DNA of 64,000 nucleotides from a bacterium (GCA_020852295.1 JADZBC010000009.1:7081-71080), one strand, 5' to 3'. Counted from the first letter of the stretch, positions 17,516 to 26,950 are shown. The notes: generated from the sequence alone by a model not told the origin. Made by a program: numbers and translations.

Positions 17516-18328
17516 TTACGATAATTTTTGAAAAACGCCGTGCAGAGTGTGTTCGAGACCGAAATATCGTTCGTCAGATTGTTTTTGAATAGCCTCGTAA
17601 ATCCGTGTCTCGACCACCAACTTAACCGGCCTGAAGCCAAGCTTTTCAATGAGATCATAATCTTGCTGTGTTCCACCATCCCAAACCAAATATCCACCTG
17701 GCTTTATGACCCTGGCGGCCTCTTGTAGGGCCGCATCACGGAGATCAGATTCATGGTCTGGTTCGAACTCTCGCAGAGCCCCATTGAGGGCACTAATATG
17801 AACCGAGCCAGCCGAATTATGCGCTAGTGGCATCTGCCGCACGTCAGCAATCGCATCCAGCTTCGCGCCTGGCATCCCCAGCGGCGAGTGTGTAACGTTT
17901 GTCACGAAATCAGGTTTGGCATCTGGCAGAATGTGCGAATCAGCCCTGCGCTCGGTTGGCCCGGCAAACTCAACTGCAGTGCCCGCGCCGTGCACAGTTG
18001 GCCAATCTATATCTCCCCAACGAAAAGTTTGGGTTATGGAGCGGTATTCATCGTCTGTTGTTTCTTCCCCGCGCGGTGGATCTATTTCGTAGTCATAGTC
18101 TATCTTGGCATCAGGTCCGAGTTTTGCCGGCAACCAAGAGTCGACATGGCGTAATATCTTCTCGGCCTCTTCTCTCTTAAAAAATGTCGTGTCTGATAGA
18201 TCAAACTCGCGCCCCACTAGGTGCAATAAGTCTTGGTGGAGGTTTTCGTGGGAGGGAAGTGGTGTTTCGCCAGGCATAGCTCGATTATAGTCTAAACCGC
18301 TCGAGCCTGGTACAATATTGCAGATCAA
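17516..18328 (-). CDS. Hypothetical protein, possibly with a SAM-methyltransferase-like C-terminal segment.
   Basis: 270-aa complete ORF. RVIKPGGYLVWDGG resembles the post-motif-II region of class I methyltransferases. Support is weak. Confidence 0.5.
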   Translation of the reverse strand: MICNIVPGSSGLDYNRAMPGETPLPSHENLHQDLLHLVGREFDLSDTTFFKREEAEKILRHVDSWLPAKLGPDAKIDYDYEIDPPRGEETTDDEYRSITQTFRWGDIDWPTVHGAGTAVEFAGPTERRADSHILPDAKPDFVTNVTHSPLGMPGAKLDAIADVRQMPLAHNSAGSVHISALNGALREFEPDHESDLRDAALQEAARVIKPGGYLVWDGGTQQDYDLIEKLGFRPVKLVVETRIYEAIQKQSDERYFGLEHTLHGVFQKLS

Positions 18329-18332
18329 CTAA

Positions 18333-18424
18333 GGAGAGATGGCCGAGTGGTTGAAGGCGCTGCTCTCGAAAAGCAGTATGCGGGGTTACTCGCATCGTGG
18401 GTTCGAATCCCACTCTCTCCGCCA
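18333..18424 (+). tRNA. tRNA-Ser(CGA), type II, CCA encoded.
   Basis: Acceptor ggagaga/tctctcc, anticodon stem ctgct/agcag with loop cTCGAaa, long variable arm, T-arm gtggg-ttcgaat-cccac, G followed by CCA. Confidence 0.85.
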
Positions 18425-18446
18425 ATAGCCTATGGGAGGTGTGCAC

Positions 18447-19151
18447 ATGAATATTTTAGATTTTATTCTTCACATCGATAAATATCTCGCCGCAATCATT
18501 ACTTATTTCGGTAGCTGGACGTATGTCATACTATTTGCAATTATCTTCGCCGAAACGGGCCTAGTCGTGGCGCCATTTTTGCCTGGCGACTCACTAATTT
18601 TTGCAGTGGGTACACTGGCTGGCGGTGGCCTGCTCAATATCTGGGTGGTATACGTGACCGTGTTGGTCGCAGCTATTCTTGGCGACACGGTCAACTACCG
18701 GATCGGGCAATATGTTGGACCGAAGGTCTTCAAAAAAGAAAATTCCCGGATATTCAAACAGAAGTATCTCGATAAAACCGAGGCCTTCTACGAAAAATAC
18801 GGCGTCAAGACGATTGTCCTCGCACGGTTCTTGCCTATCGTGCGCACTTTTGCGCCTTTCGTGGCCGGTATCGGCAACATGAATTACGGTACGTTCTTTC
18901 TGTACAATGTGATCGGTGCATTTATCTGGGTAACATCTTTGACCTTCGCTGGCTACTTCCTGGGTGCACTGCCATTTGTGAAAGAAAACTTTGAGTATGC
19001 CGTTCTCGCCATTGTCATCTTCTCTGTAGTGCCTATGATCCTGGAGTATCTCAAGCACCGACGCAGCGAAGACTCATCGTCAAAAGCAACCAAACATACC
19101 TCATACGGACAAATCCGCAATTTCTTCAAAAAGAAATCGTCCGACAAGTAG
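18447..19151 (+). CDS. DedA-family (VTT/SNARE-associated domain) membrane protein.
   Basis: Conserved DedA motifs: FAETGLVVAPFLPGDSLIF, GD.VNY.IG...G, and TIVLARFLPIVRTFAPFVAGIG. RBS GGGAGGTG lies 5 nt upstream of ATG 18447. The track start at 18432 is disfavoured. Confidence 0.8.
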   Translation: MNILDFILHIDKYLAAIITYFGSWTYVILFAIIFAETGLVVAPFLPGDSLIFAVGTLAGGGLLNIWVVYVTVLVAAILGDTVNYRIGQYVGPKVFKKENSRIFKQKYLDKTEAFYEKYGVKTIVLARFLPIVRTFAPFVAGIGNMNYGTFFLYNVIGAFIWVTSLTFAGYFLGALPFVKENFEYAVLAIVIFSVVPMILEYLKHRRSEDSSSKATKHTSYGQIRNFFKKKSSDK

Positions 19152-19221
19152 CCCACTGCCCCTGCTCAGGCGTTCACTACCATCTCGCAATGGTAGCCAA
19201 TCCCTGCTAGCATAAGTTTAT

Positions 19222-21153
19222 ATGTTTGGGTGGTTTTTTATCTCGCTGTCCATTTTGTTGGGCTGGTCGCTCGTACGCCAGTTCGATATGACGTTGCGCC
19301 GACTCGAAGCGCTCGCTATGTCTGTGGCGGTCGGCATGTCATTGAGCGCCTGGATTGTGTTTATCGCAGCGCTAGGGCTCGGATTTTCGCTTGGCCTACC
19401 GCTCGCCATTTGCTTGATCGCGGTGCTCGCCTTCGGTGGGCAGCTTATCCCAGGCCGGTACAGATGGGAGACGCGGCCGTACTCTAAAAAATGGCGCTGG
19501 CTACTGGCAATAACCGCGCTAGGCACTGCCTACGTTGTCGTTCAGCTCATCGTATTGAGCTATCAGTTTCCGAACGCCCAGGGCGCCTGGGTCTCTAATG
19601 GGAATGCTTGGGGCGATGGGCCGCTGCACGTTGCCTATGTCAACCAATTTGCGCAAGGCAACACCGTAGACATGGTCTCGCCATCATATATGAAGGTGCC
19701 GCTGACGTATCCGGTGATTGCTGACTTCTACTCAGCCGTGCTCAAGCGGCTTGGTGGCGACTGGAGTTTTGTCTTGATGGTTCCGTCTGCTGCTATGGTG
19801 TTGGCGCTGATGTATTTAGCCTTCAGCTTTGGGTACCGCATCCTCAAAAGCGCGCGAGCGGCTTGGCTGCAGTATCTGTTTTTTGTTTTTTCTGGTTCAC
19901 TCCAGGGGGCGGTCAAATTCACTGATGTACTCATCAAGAAGGGCGTCCAGGGATATCATGACTTTGTCGGAGTGTCAGTCGCGCTAGCAGCAGGGGACAA
20001 CTACCTCAACTTCATCCACTCCCACCCAATTCCACAACGTGCCTACCTCTTTGGTATGCCACTATTTATCACGATCGCTACCGTACTGCTCGAAAAATAC
20101 CGCCATAATAAGTCGAAGTCGATCAGCCTACCCTCCGTCTTGGCTCAACTCCGCCAGGTTGATGTTATTCTGGTGGGCCTACTGATCGGCATGATGCCGC
20201 TCGTACATATTCACAGTTTTTTAGTTTTGGTCGGGCTGCTTGTGCTCGCGATGGGGATCCTCGCTATCAGGCGTGAGCCGATACCGGTACCCTGGATTGC
20301 CAGCCTTGGCACCGGTCTTGTACTCGCGGCACCTCAACTAGCCTGGCAGTTTAGTAATAGCTACAACAGTCGCTTTACCAAGTGGATTGCCGGCTGGACA
20401 CTGAAAGGTTTTGGCCATGACCCCAATATCAACTTTGTTGGTTTCTGGCTCGGCACACTTGGTTTCCTGTTTGTCGTCATGGTATTTGGCGGACTTTGGC
20501 TCAAGGACAAGAAAGCCAGCATGGAAATCTGGCTACTCTACATCGCCGGGCTTGCCATATTTGCGATCTGCAATGTCTATGTCTTCCAGCCCAATATCTG
20601 GGATAACATGAAGTTCTTCGAGTATGGCTTCTGGTTCATAATGATGGTAGCAGCCTATATTTTGGCCTACTGGTGGAGGCGGCCTCTTTTCCGCCCAGTT
20701 GTTGCCGGAGTGTCAGCAACCCTTGTACTAATGGGCTTCTATACCCTTGTGCTGTCGGGCCCCAAGCTGTCATTTGAGCTCTTAAGCCAAACCGAAGTGG
20801 CGTTTGGCGAACAGATGCAGCAAAGTCTTCCAAAAGATGCATTTATCCTGGTTGGGGATCGACACAACCATCCGATCACCATGCTCGCCGGCCGTAAGGT
20901 ATTGATGACTTACGGTGGTTGGTACAACCTGTATGACGATAAATGGGAAACGGTTTGGGCCGACAGGACTACTATGCTGCGAGGTGGACCACAGGCGAAA
21001 AACCTAATTGAAAAGTATAGCCTCACTCACGCCGTGATCAGTGACGCAGAAGTGGCAAATGGTGAAGCGAGCCTGACGTTTTTTGAACAGAACTACTCTG
21101 AGCTGCCGAGCGTGAGGGGCTGGCACGTTTACGACCTGAGGCAGCCACTATGA
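19222..21153 (+). CDS. Large polytopic GT-C-fold membrane glycosyltransferase-like protein (ArnT/PMT/YfhO-like), about 14 TM helices.
   Basis: 643 aa, many TM helices, periplasmic-type loops, and a soluble C-terminal domain. It overlaps a downstream Dpm1-like GT2 gene by 4 nt, the classic pairing of a polyprenyl-phosphate-sugar synthase with a GT-C transferase. Confidence 0.55.
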   Translation: MFGWFFISLSILLGWSLVRQFDMTLRRLEALAMSVAVGMSLSAWIVFIAALGLGFSLGLPLAICLIAVLAFGGQLIPGRYRWETRPYSKKWRWLLAITALGTAYVVVQLIVLSYQFPNAQGAWVSNGNAWGDGPLHVAYVNQFAQGNTVDMVSPSYMKVPLTYPVIADFYSAVLKRLGGDWSFVLMVPSAAMVLALMYLAFSFGYRILKSARAAWLQYLFFVFSGSLQGAVKFTDVLIKKGVQGYHDFVGVSVALAAGDNYLNFIHSHPIPQRAYLFGMPLFITIATVLLEKYRHNKSKSISLPSVLAQLRQVDVILVGLLIGMMPLVHIHSFLVLVGLLVLAMGILAIRREPIPVPWIASLGTGLVLAAPQLAWQFSNSYNSRFTKWIAGWTLKGFGHDPNINFVGFWLGTLGFLFVVMVFGGLWLKDKKASMEIWLLYIAGLAIFAICNVYVFQPNIWDNMKFFEYGFWFIMMVAAYILAYWWRRPLFRPVVAGVSATLVLMGFYTLVLSGPKLSFELLSQTEVAFGEQMQQSLPKDAFILVGDRHNHPITMLAGRKVLMTYGGWYNLYDDKWETVWADRTTMLRGGPQAKNLIEKYSLTHAVISDAEVANGEASLTFFEQNYSELPSVRGWHVYDLRQPL

Positions 21154-21875
21154 ACAAGTCGATCCTCTGTGTGGTGCCCGTCTACAACGAGCAGGAAATT
21201 CTCGCCGAGGCAATCAAGCTCCTTCATGAGCAGCTCACGAAACTTACTGCAGGAAACTTCAGAATTGTTGTCGCCAACAATGGCTCAACCGATAACACCG
21301 GGAAGGTTGCCGATGAGCTTGCGCAAACCTATCAAGACACCGTCATACATGAGTTCATCAAGCAAAAGGGCAGAGGCAATGCCTTTCGCGCCGTCTTTGC
21401 AAAGTATAAATGCAAGATTGGCATGTACATCGATGTAGATCTACCATGTGAACTGTCTGATCTGAGAAGACATATCTCGGCCATTAAGAAAGGAGTCGAC
21501 CTGGTCGTGTCGCACCGGGTTGGCAGTCGACCACTTGGTCGTCGCGCCATGACCCTCTCCCTGCGAACACTGAATCGGCTCGCCTTTGGCCTCCGAGTAT
21601 CGGACTCGCAGTGCGCCATCAAGGCCATGTCGCCAGATGCCATCAATATACTTGTAAACAGCTGCTGTGAAAACGGCTGGTTTCTCGACACCGAACTTGT
21701 AGTAATGGTGCATCGTGCCGGCCTTTCTATCCATGAAGTGCCGATACACTGGATCGAGGAGCGCTTCACCGGAAGAGCTAGCAAGGTGTCGCCGCTTCAT
21801 GATATGGCCGAGGGCGCGAAGGCAATTGGTCGGATCTGGAAACGGGCGCGATCTGTGGTCGGCAAGCATCAATGA
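21150..21875 (+). CDS. GT2-family polyprenyl-phosphate glycosyltransferase (Dpm1/ArnC-like).
   Basis: CVVPVYNEQEIL, NNGSTDNT, a DVDLP variant of the DxD motif, and a C-terminal QCAIKAM acceptor loop. Confidence 0.8.
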   Translation: MNKSILCVVPVYNEQEILAEAIKLLHEQLTKLTAGNFRIVVANNGSTDNTGKVADELAQTYQDTVIHEFIKQKGRGNAFRAVFAKYKCKIGMYIDVDLPCELSDLRRHISAIKKGVDLVVSHRVGSRPLGRRAMTLSLRTLNRLAFGLRVSDSQCAIKAMSPDAINILVNSCCENGWFLDTELVVMVHRAGLSIHEVPIHWIEERFTGRASKVSPLHDMAEGAKAIGRIWKRARSVVGKHQ

Positions 21876-22429
21876 TCGTCGCTGCACTCTGGATCTTCAT
21901 TCTCTGCTCGGCCTTTATTACGTTTGGCCTTTACTTCATCCGTCTGATCGACCTAATACAGGTGCGCGATGCGCCCTATGTGCCACTGGATAGTAATGCT
22001 ATTCAGGCACTACTAAAAAACCTTCCAGACCTGCGCAACAAGACTGTTTATGAGCTCGGGAGCGGAGATGGGCGGGTCGCCCTGGAGGTGGCCCACCGAC
22101 TTCGACCCAAACGCTACCTCGCTATTGAGAAGGGGAGGTGGCCAATGCTAATGGCACACCTGAAGAGATTGCGAGCTGGCAACCCACCGGGGCTCGAGTT
22201 TGTGTCTAATGACATACGCAACACCAATCTGAGCCCAGCCAATATCGTGTTTGTTTACCTAATGGATGATTTTGTATCCCAACTCAAAGATAAGTTCAAA
22301 AAAGAACTAAAGCCGGGTACAATCCTGATAAGTTGTCAGTTTCCACTAAAAGGTAAGCGCCCCTTCAAGACCATCGAGGTCGAGAATGGCCCGATAATTG
22401 CGAGCCAATTCTATTTCTATCGATACTAA
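21872..22429 (+). CDS. Membrane-anchored class I SAM-dependent methyltransferase-like protein.
   Basis: N-terminal TM, motif I VYELGSGDGRVALEVA, acidic motif II region. It overlaps the upstream gene by 4 nt. Confidence 0.55.
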   Translation: MIVAALWIFILCSAFITFGLYFIRLIDLIQVRDAPYVPLDSNAIQALLKNLPDLRNKTVYELGSGDGRVALEVAHRLRPKRYLAIEKGRWPMLMAHLKRLRAGNPPGLEFVSNDIRNTNLSPANIVFVYLMDDFVSQLKDKFKKELKPGTILISCQFPLKGKRPFKTIEVENGPIIASQFYFYRY

Positions 22430-23086
22430 CTACTTTCGAGCCAGCGTGGCGGCACTCACCGAACGGACTCCTGCCGCCCTCAGAACCCGAGCACACTCAC
22501 CTAGTGTGGCGCCAGTAGTCACAACATCGTCGATAATGCAGATCCGCCGACCAGCCAAGGCGCCACCTCCTATCATAAAGTTGCCCTTGGTCTGCTCTAT
22601 GCGGCGCTGTCGGCTTTGACCAACCTGCGGCGTGTGACGCAGACGCAATAAGGTTGGTCGAATCGGTACACCGAGCTCATCACTCACTGTCCGGGCGATA
22701 AGCTCGGCCTGATTGTAGCCACGACGACGCAAAGCCGGTCCATCGCTCGGCACAAACGTGATCAGCTCAACGTCATCTGGTATTTCCTGGGCCAATCGCC
22801 GCCCGAGTAGTGCGGCAATCTCTCGATTACCATGATACTTGAGCGCATAGATCAGCCGCTCTGACGCTTCATCGAGCCGCAATAGAGTAGTAAGGCGTAA
22901 AAGCGGTGTATGTCGTCGGCAAGATCGGCATGTTCTCCCGGTGTCATCGAGTCGATTACACCATACGCAAGCCTGCGTGCGAGGGGTAATATGCTGCGAA
23001 AAACAGCCATCACAAACCGTCCTACCTTCGGTGTTGCAAAAAATACAACTGTGCGGTGCAATGATTTTACTGATTAGACTGAGCAT
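22430..23086 (-). CDS. comF: ComF-family protein (phosphoribosyltransferase domain; ComFC/GntX).
   Basis: N-terminal Cys-rich Zn-finger (CIFCN...CDGC...CVWC...CRSC) and C-terminal PRTase motif ICIIDDVVTTGATL. Start trimmed to internal ATG 23084-23086 (MLSLISKII...), because the track ORF start at 23233 would overlap the divergent hsp20 gene. Confidence 0.75.
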   Translation of the reverse strand: MLSLISKIIAPHSCIFCNTEGRTVCDGCFSQHITPRTQACVWCNRLDDTGRTCRSCRRHTPLLRLTTLLRLDEASERLIYALKYHGNREIAALLGRRLAQEIPDDVELITFVPSDGPALRRRGYNQAELIARTVSDELGVPIRPTLLRLRHTPQVGQSRQRRIEQTKGNFMIGGGALAGRRICIIDDVVTTGATLGECARVLRAAGVRSVSAATLARK

Positions 23087-23093
23087 TTCTTCC

Positions 23094-23121
23094 TTGCAAA
23101 CTTTTTGATTGTGGATATAAT
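23094..23121 (+). promoter_or_regulatory. Sigma-70-like promoter for hsp20.
   Basis: TTGCAA followed by 16 nt and then TATAAT. The SD sequence AAGGAG lies 7 nt before ATG 23163. Confidence 0.45.
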
Positions 23122-23162
23122 AGGGAGAAATAAGCCAGTGAGGCAAGTATAAGGAGTAAGCT

Positions 23163-23594
23163 ATGGCCCGAAAAGACAAGAATGCTGAAAACGAGATCCT
23201 AGAAGAGGAATTTCTAGACACCGAAGCTACCAACTCTGAAGACTGGATGAACGAAGAAGAGTTTGAAGGTCAGCTGGCGGTTGATGTTTACCAGACCAAA
23301 GAGACAGTAGTGATCAAGGCACCAATCGCCGGTGTTCGTCCACAAGATATTGACGTTGCCATCTCTGAAGACGTTGTAACGATCCGTGGTGACCGCAAAG
23401 ACGAAAAGGCAGTTGAGAAGGAGCACTACTATGTCCAGGAGTGTTTCTGGGGCTCATTTAGCCGATCAGTGATCTTGCCAACCAGCACGATCGCAGATGA
23501 AGCAGTTGCCACCCTCAAGGACGGCGTACTTACCATCGAGATTCCTAAGGTTGCCCAAAACAAGATCAAGAAGATCAAGGTCAGCCCAGTTTAA
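23163..23594 (+). CDS. Hsp20/alpha-crystallin-family small heat-shock protein.
   Basis: Alpha-crystallin domain (AVDVYQTKETVVIKAPIAGVRPQDIDVAISEDVVTIRGDR ... GVLTIEIPK). Confidence 0.9.
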   Translation: MARKDKNAENEILEEEFLDTEATNSEDWMNEEEFEGQLAVDVYQTKETVVIKAPIAGVRPQDIDVAISEDVVTIRGDRKDEKAVEKEHYYVQECFWGSFSRSVILPTSTIADEAVATLKDGVLTIEIPKVAQNKIKKIKVSPV

Positions 23595-23614
23595 AAAGAT
23601 TTATGTGTGCAGTC

Positions 23615-23645
23615 GACAGACCACCTTCAGGTGGTCTGTTTTTGT
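23615..23645 (+). terminator. Rho-independent terminator after hsp20.
   Basis: acagaccacc-ttca-ggtggtctgt followed by ttttg. Confidence 0.7.
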
Positions 23646-24982
23646 TATTGACGAGAGCGCGCGATCTCTTGTGTGACGCGCGTGGCTGCCGCCTTGGTAG
23701 AGACCGCCGCATCGAGACCACCTCGAGCGCCGTTGATCAGGTCGGCGAAGATACCTTCGACATTATAATTGTTACCCTGATACCAGGTACGTGATGTATT
23801 AACTTGCCCAGCAAATACACCGATAGATCGATCGTCGCGCTGCTTGTCCACCATGTCGCGGCGACTGGCGGGGCGGTAACTTGCCAGGGAATACTTGTTA
23901 AGCTCCTCGCGAGAGCTAATAAAACGTAGGAGGTCCCAGGCTAGTTCGGTGTGTTTGGAGTTTTTATTGACCAGCTCATCCCAGTGGCTCGCGTAGTTGA
24001 TCTGGTCACGCCCAGGTAACTGGGGCAGGCTTGCCACCTTGTAGTTGAGCGCCGGATTTTGACGCTCAAGTAGGGGCGCGCGATACCCGTAGTCGATAAG
24101 CATCGCTAGCTTACCCTGCGCAAAGGCATCGACTGGATTGCCGAGCGCGTCATTCCAGGCGTAGACCGACTTGTTGGGATTGCTAAAGCTATTGAAGTAG
24201 TCAACCGCTCGCGCTGCAGGGTAGTAGTTGTTTGCATCCGGCAAACCAAAGGTCGCCTTAGTGGGTGGCGAGTCGGTCATCTGAGCGCCGTTCTGCATCA
24301 TGAGCACCGAAAGAATATCGACATAGTTGGTCACACCCGGGGTGCCGAGAGCCACACCGGCTCGACTAATCGATTGGCCGTTCTTGGTGGTTAGTTTTTT
24401 AGCCACATCAGCGAACTCTTGCCAATTCTTTGGGGGCTGAGCAATTTTCGCGGCTTCAAAGATATCAGCGTTGTAATACAGCCCAAGCGTAGATATTCCA
24501 AAGGTCAGTCCATTGATGGTGTCGCCGGTAGTAAGATCACGCTGCGCGACATCGACAAATGTATCGCGATACTCCTGGGGCGTAAAGACAGTCGTCGGTG
24601 CCGGCACAAGAGACTTCTGGTAGCGCGGCAGCCAGTCGTTGCGCACCGTGAATATATCTGGCAGTGTGCCTTTTGCTTGATTGTCCGACAGCAGCTTATC
24701 GTATGAAGCAGCCGGCTGATTGACTAGCTTCACGGTGATATTTGGGTGGAGCGCCTTGTAGTCGGCCAGGATTGCGTCAAGCGCTTTCGGATCAACGTCG
24801 GGACGCCAATACGTCAAGGTGATCGGCTCCGTCGGATAGGTCACACGTGACTGATAGGTGGGGGGTGAGAAAAAGGGGATCGTGCGTTCGCGTACAGCTT
24901 TGTAAATAAAATACACTACCAGACCAAAGGCCAGTAGCAACAAAAGAGCGCGCCAGTTGAGTTTTGTTAGACTTCTTTGCAC
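23645..24982 (-). CDS. Membrane-anchored ABC-transporter substrate-binding protein (family 1, carbohydrate-type).
   Basis: 445 aa. N-terminal signal/anchor (ALLLLLAFGLVVYFIY), then an SBP_bac_1-like fold with the conserved ...MLIDYGYRAP... region. No permease is adjacent. Confidence 0.65.
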   Translation of the reverse strand: MQRSLTKLNWRALLLLLAFGLVVYFIYKAVRERTIPFFSPPTYQSRVTYPTEPITLTYWRPDVDPKALDAILADYKALHPNITVKLVNQPAASYDKLLSDNQAKGTLPDIFTVRNDWLPRYQKSLVPAPTTVFTPQEYRDTFVDVAQRDLTTGDTINGLTFGISTLGLYYNADIFEAAKIAQPPKNWQEFADVAKKLTTKNGQSISRAGVALGTPGVTNYVDILSVLMMQNGAQMTDSPPTKATFGLPDANNYYPAARAVDYFNSFSNPNKSVYAWNDALGNPVDAFAQGKLAMLIDYGYRAPLLERQNPALNYKVASLPQLPGRDQINYASHWDELVNKNSKHTELAWDLLRFISSREELNKYSLASYRPASRRDMVDKQRDDRSIGVFAGQVNTSRTWYQGNNYNVEGIFADLINGARGGLDAAVSTKAAATRVTQEIARSRQ

Positions 24983-25013
24983 GCTCTTATTTTAGCACGA
25001 GAGGTTTGCTCTA

Positions 25014-25397
25014 TTACTTGAATTGCCCCAGAGTAAAGTTGACGATTGCGTAGGCCAGTATAGCAATAATAAGCCCTATTACCGCGTAGACGATCGTGTC
25101 TTTGGCGCCGGTGGTAGCCTTTTCGTTGCCAGCCGATAATACATATCGCAGAGCGCCAATGATGATCATGATAACCGATGCAACCCCCACTACAATAAGC
25201 AGGGTGTTGGTGATGGTGCGAATACTATCGAGCAAATTACTCGTGGCACCAGTGCCAGCAGCGCAGTCTGCACCACCCTGAATCGTATTGTCAGTGCAGG
25301 CAGCCGACGCTGGACTAGGTAATAAGCCAGGTAACAGCAAAGCTAGCTGGATTGATCCAGCTAGCAGTTGGTTACTTACTTTTTGCTTTGCAGCCAC
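25014..25397 (-). CDS. VirB2/TrbC-like pilin-family protein, paralog 6 of 6.
   Basis: Signal peptide, Cys-containing variable segment, and shared C-terminal module TNTLLIVVGVASVIMIIIGALRYVLSAGNEKATTGAKDTIVYAVIGLIIAILAYAIVNF (TM, short polar loop, TM). Confidence 0.6.
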   Translation of the reverse strand: MAAKQKVSNQLLAGSIQLALLLPGLLPSPASAACTDNTIQGGADCAAGTGATSNLLDSIRTITNTLLIVVGVASVIMIIIGALRYVLSAGNEKATTGAKDTIVYAVIGLIIAILAYAIVNFTLGQFK

Positions 25398-25399
25398 CC

Positions 25400-25816
25400 C
25401 TACACCGCCGGCGTTTGGGTAAACTGCCCAAGGACAAAGTTAACAGCAGCGTAAGCTACGAGACACACGATAATACCGATGATGGCATATACGATAGTGT
25501 CCTTCGCGCCCGTAACGGCCTTTTCGTTACCTTGAGAGAACACATAGCGGAATCCTCCGATGATCAACATCAGAACCGCAACAATACCGACACCCAAAAT
25601 AAGAGTGTTTGTGATTACACGAATATTGAGCAGCAAATCTGTGGATGCACCAGTCGGCTTAATTTTGTTCAGTCCGCCCGGGTCATCTGGATTTAGGGCA
25701 CTTGGTACTGTTACATTTGGTTGCGTCCCGGGGGCGTCAACTGCCAAAGCGCGACTAGCAGCCATCGTGAAGTAGGCTCCGGCAACTGCTGGCACACTTT
25801 TTAATACGTTTCTCAT
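25400..25816 (-). CDS. VirB2/TrbC-like pilin-family protein, paralog 5 of 6.
   Basis: Same C-terminal module (VITNTLILGVGIVAVLMLIIGGFRYVFSQGNEKAVTGAKDTIVYAIIGIIVCLVAYAAVNF). Confidence 0.6.
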   Translation of the reverse strand: MRNVLKSVPAVAGAYFTMAASRALAVDAPGTQPNVTVPSALNPDDPGGLNKIKPTGASTDLLLNIRVITNTLILGVGIVAVLMLIIGGFRYVFSQGNEKAVTGAKDTIVYAIIGIIVCLVAYAAVNFVLGQFTQTPAV

Positions 25817-25899
25817 CTGATAATTTCTCCTTGGTATTGTGATATTAATATAATTCTTGACCTGATTGTAGACTATTTTTTTGAGCGTGACAATTATAT

Positions 25900-26187
25900 C
25901 TAGAGGCGGCCAATGATAAAGGTGACGATGGCATAGCCAAGTACTGCCAACACTACACCGACAACCGCATAGAGGATAGTATCCTTCGCTCGAGCCAGTT
26001 TGTTTTGATCACCCGCCGAGACCACATACATAAGGGCACCTACGATGATCATGATGACCGAGCCACTGCCAATGACAAAGATGATCGTATTAATGATAGT
26101 GGTAGCGAGATTACCTTGGGTCGTGAACGATTTGGCCGCTACGTCGGGTGGTACACTAACCACGATGTCTGAAAATATTTTTCCCAT
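25900..26187 (-). CDS. VirB2/TrbC-like pilin-family protein, paralog 4 of 6 (shortest, 95 aa).
   Basis: Module IINTIIFVIGSGSVIMIIVGALMYVVSAGDQNKLARAKDTILYAVVGVVLAVLGYAIVTF. Confidence 0.6.
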   Translation of the reverse strand: MGKIFSDIVVSVPPDVAAKSFTTQGNLATTIINTIIFVIGSGSVIMIIVGALMYVVSAGDQNKLARAKDTILYAVVGVVLAVLGYAIVTFIIGRL

Positions 26188-26192
26188 CGAAT

Positions 26193-26678
26193 TTAGTTGG
26201 CCTTTCCGATAACAAATGTGACGATAGAGTAGGCGAGAATGGCAACGATAAGACCGACAATCGAGTAAACAATTGCATCCTTGGCGACTCGCGTTCTGTT
26301 GGGATCACCCGCCGAGAACACATACAGCGCCGCGCCTATTAGTACGCCGATGACTGACACAACCCCGACGATCCAGCCAAGGAAGGTTATGACTCTTGAG
26401 ACAAGCTGGTTGACTGTAGAAGGAGTGGCACTACCCCCAAGCGATGAGGGTACCTTGGCGCCCGAGGCATTTGTTGGAGCTGGAGTAGGGGCGGGAGTAC
26501 GAGGAACCCCAACTACACATCTACCGTCTGGCTGAGCAGTCTTTCCGGTGCTTCCGTCGGGCAAGGTGCAAGGCAGGCCAATATCTTCAGGTGGCAATGC
26601 CGCCGATGCCATTCCCACGAAAGACAACGCTAGGCCCAATATGAGTATCGCCGATGTAAATAAATACTTTGGTTTCAC
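26193..26678 (-). CDS. VirB2/TrbC-like pilin-family protein, paralog 3 of 6, with a Pro/Thr-rich variable region.
   Basis: Signal peptide, Cys pair, PTPAPTNAS linker, then module VITFLGWIVGVVSVIGVLIGAALYVFSAGDPNRTRVAKDAIVYSIVGLIVAILAYSIVTF. Confidence 0.6.
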   Translation of the reverse strand: MKPKYLFTSAILILGLALSFVGMASAALPPEDIGLPCTLPDGSTGKTAQPDGRCVVGVPRTPAPTPAPTNASGAKVPSSLGGSATPSTVNQLVSRVITFLGWIVGVVSVIGVLIGAALYVFSAGDPNRTRVAKDAIVYSIVGLIVAILAYSIVTFVIGKAN

Positions 26679-26686
26679 ATCTTTAC

Positions 26687-26950
26687 CTATTTAAACTGCG
26701 TTACTACTACATTAACTATGAGATAGGCAGACATTGCGATTACAAGACCAGCAATAGACCAGGTAATCGCATTTTTCGCTTGGCGCAGCCTATCAGGTTG
26801 ACCAAATGAGGATGCGTACATAATGCCGCCAATAATAAGAAAAATTACCGATAGTACACCCACGAACCAAAAGGCGATAATCATAGCATTTGCAAGTATC
26901 TGCTTCGGCCCATCGAGCGAGAACAGGTCCACACCATTAAAGAGATTCAT
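26687..26950 (-). CDS. VirB2/TrbC-like pilin-family protein, paralog 2 of 6.
   Basis: Module ANAMIIAFWFVGVLSVIFLIIGGIMYASSFGQPDRLRQAKNAITWSIAGLVIAMSAYLIVNV. It overlaps the next gene by 1 nt. Confidence 0.55.
   Translation of the reverse strand: MNLFNGVDLFSLDGPKQILANAMIIAFWFVGVLSVIFLIIGGIMYASSFGQPDRLRQAKNAITWSIAGLVIAMSAYLIVNVVVTQFK

Noticed and set aside
18503-19156. Minus-strand ORFs overlapping the dedA gene (18594..19058 and others)
   Set aside because: They are antisense to a well-supported DedA ORF with canonical motifs.
23087-23233. Longer comF start at 23233
   Set aside because: It would run through the hsp20 promoter and overlap the hsp20 coding start. The conserved ComF Zn-finger begins just after the internal Met at 23086.
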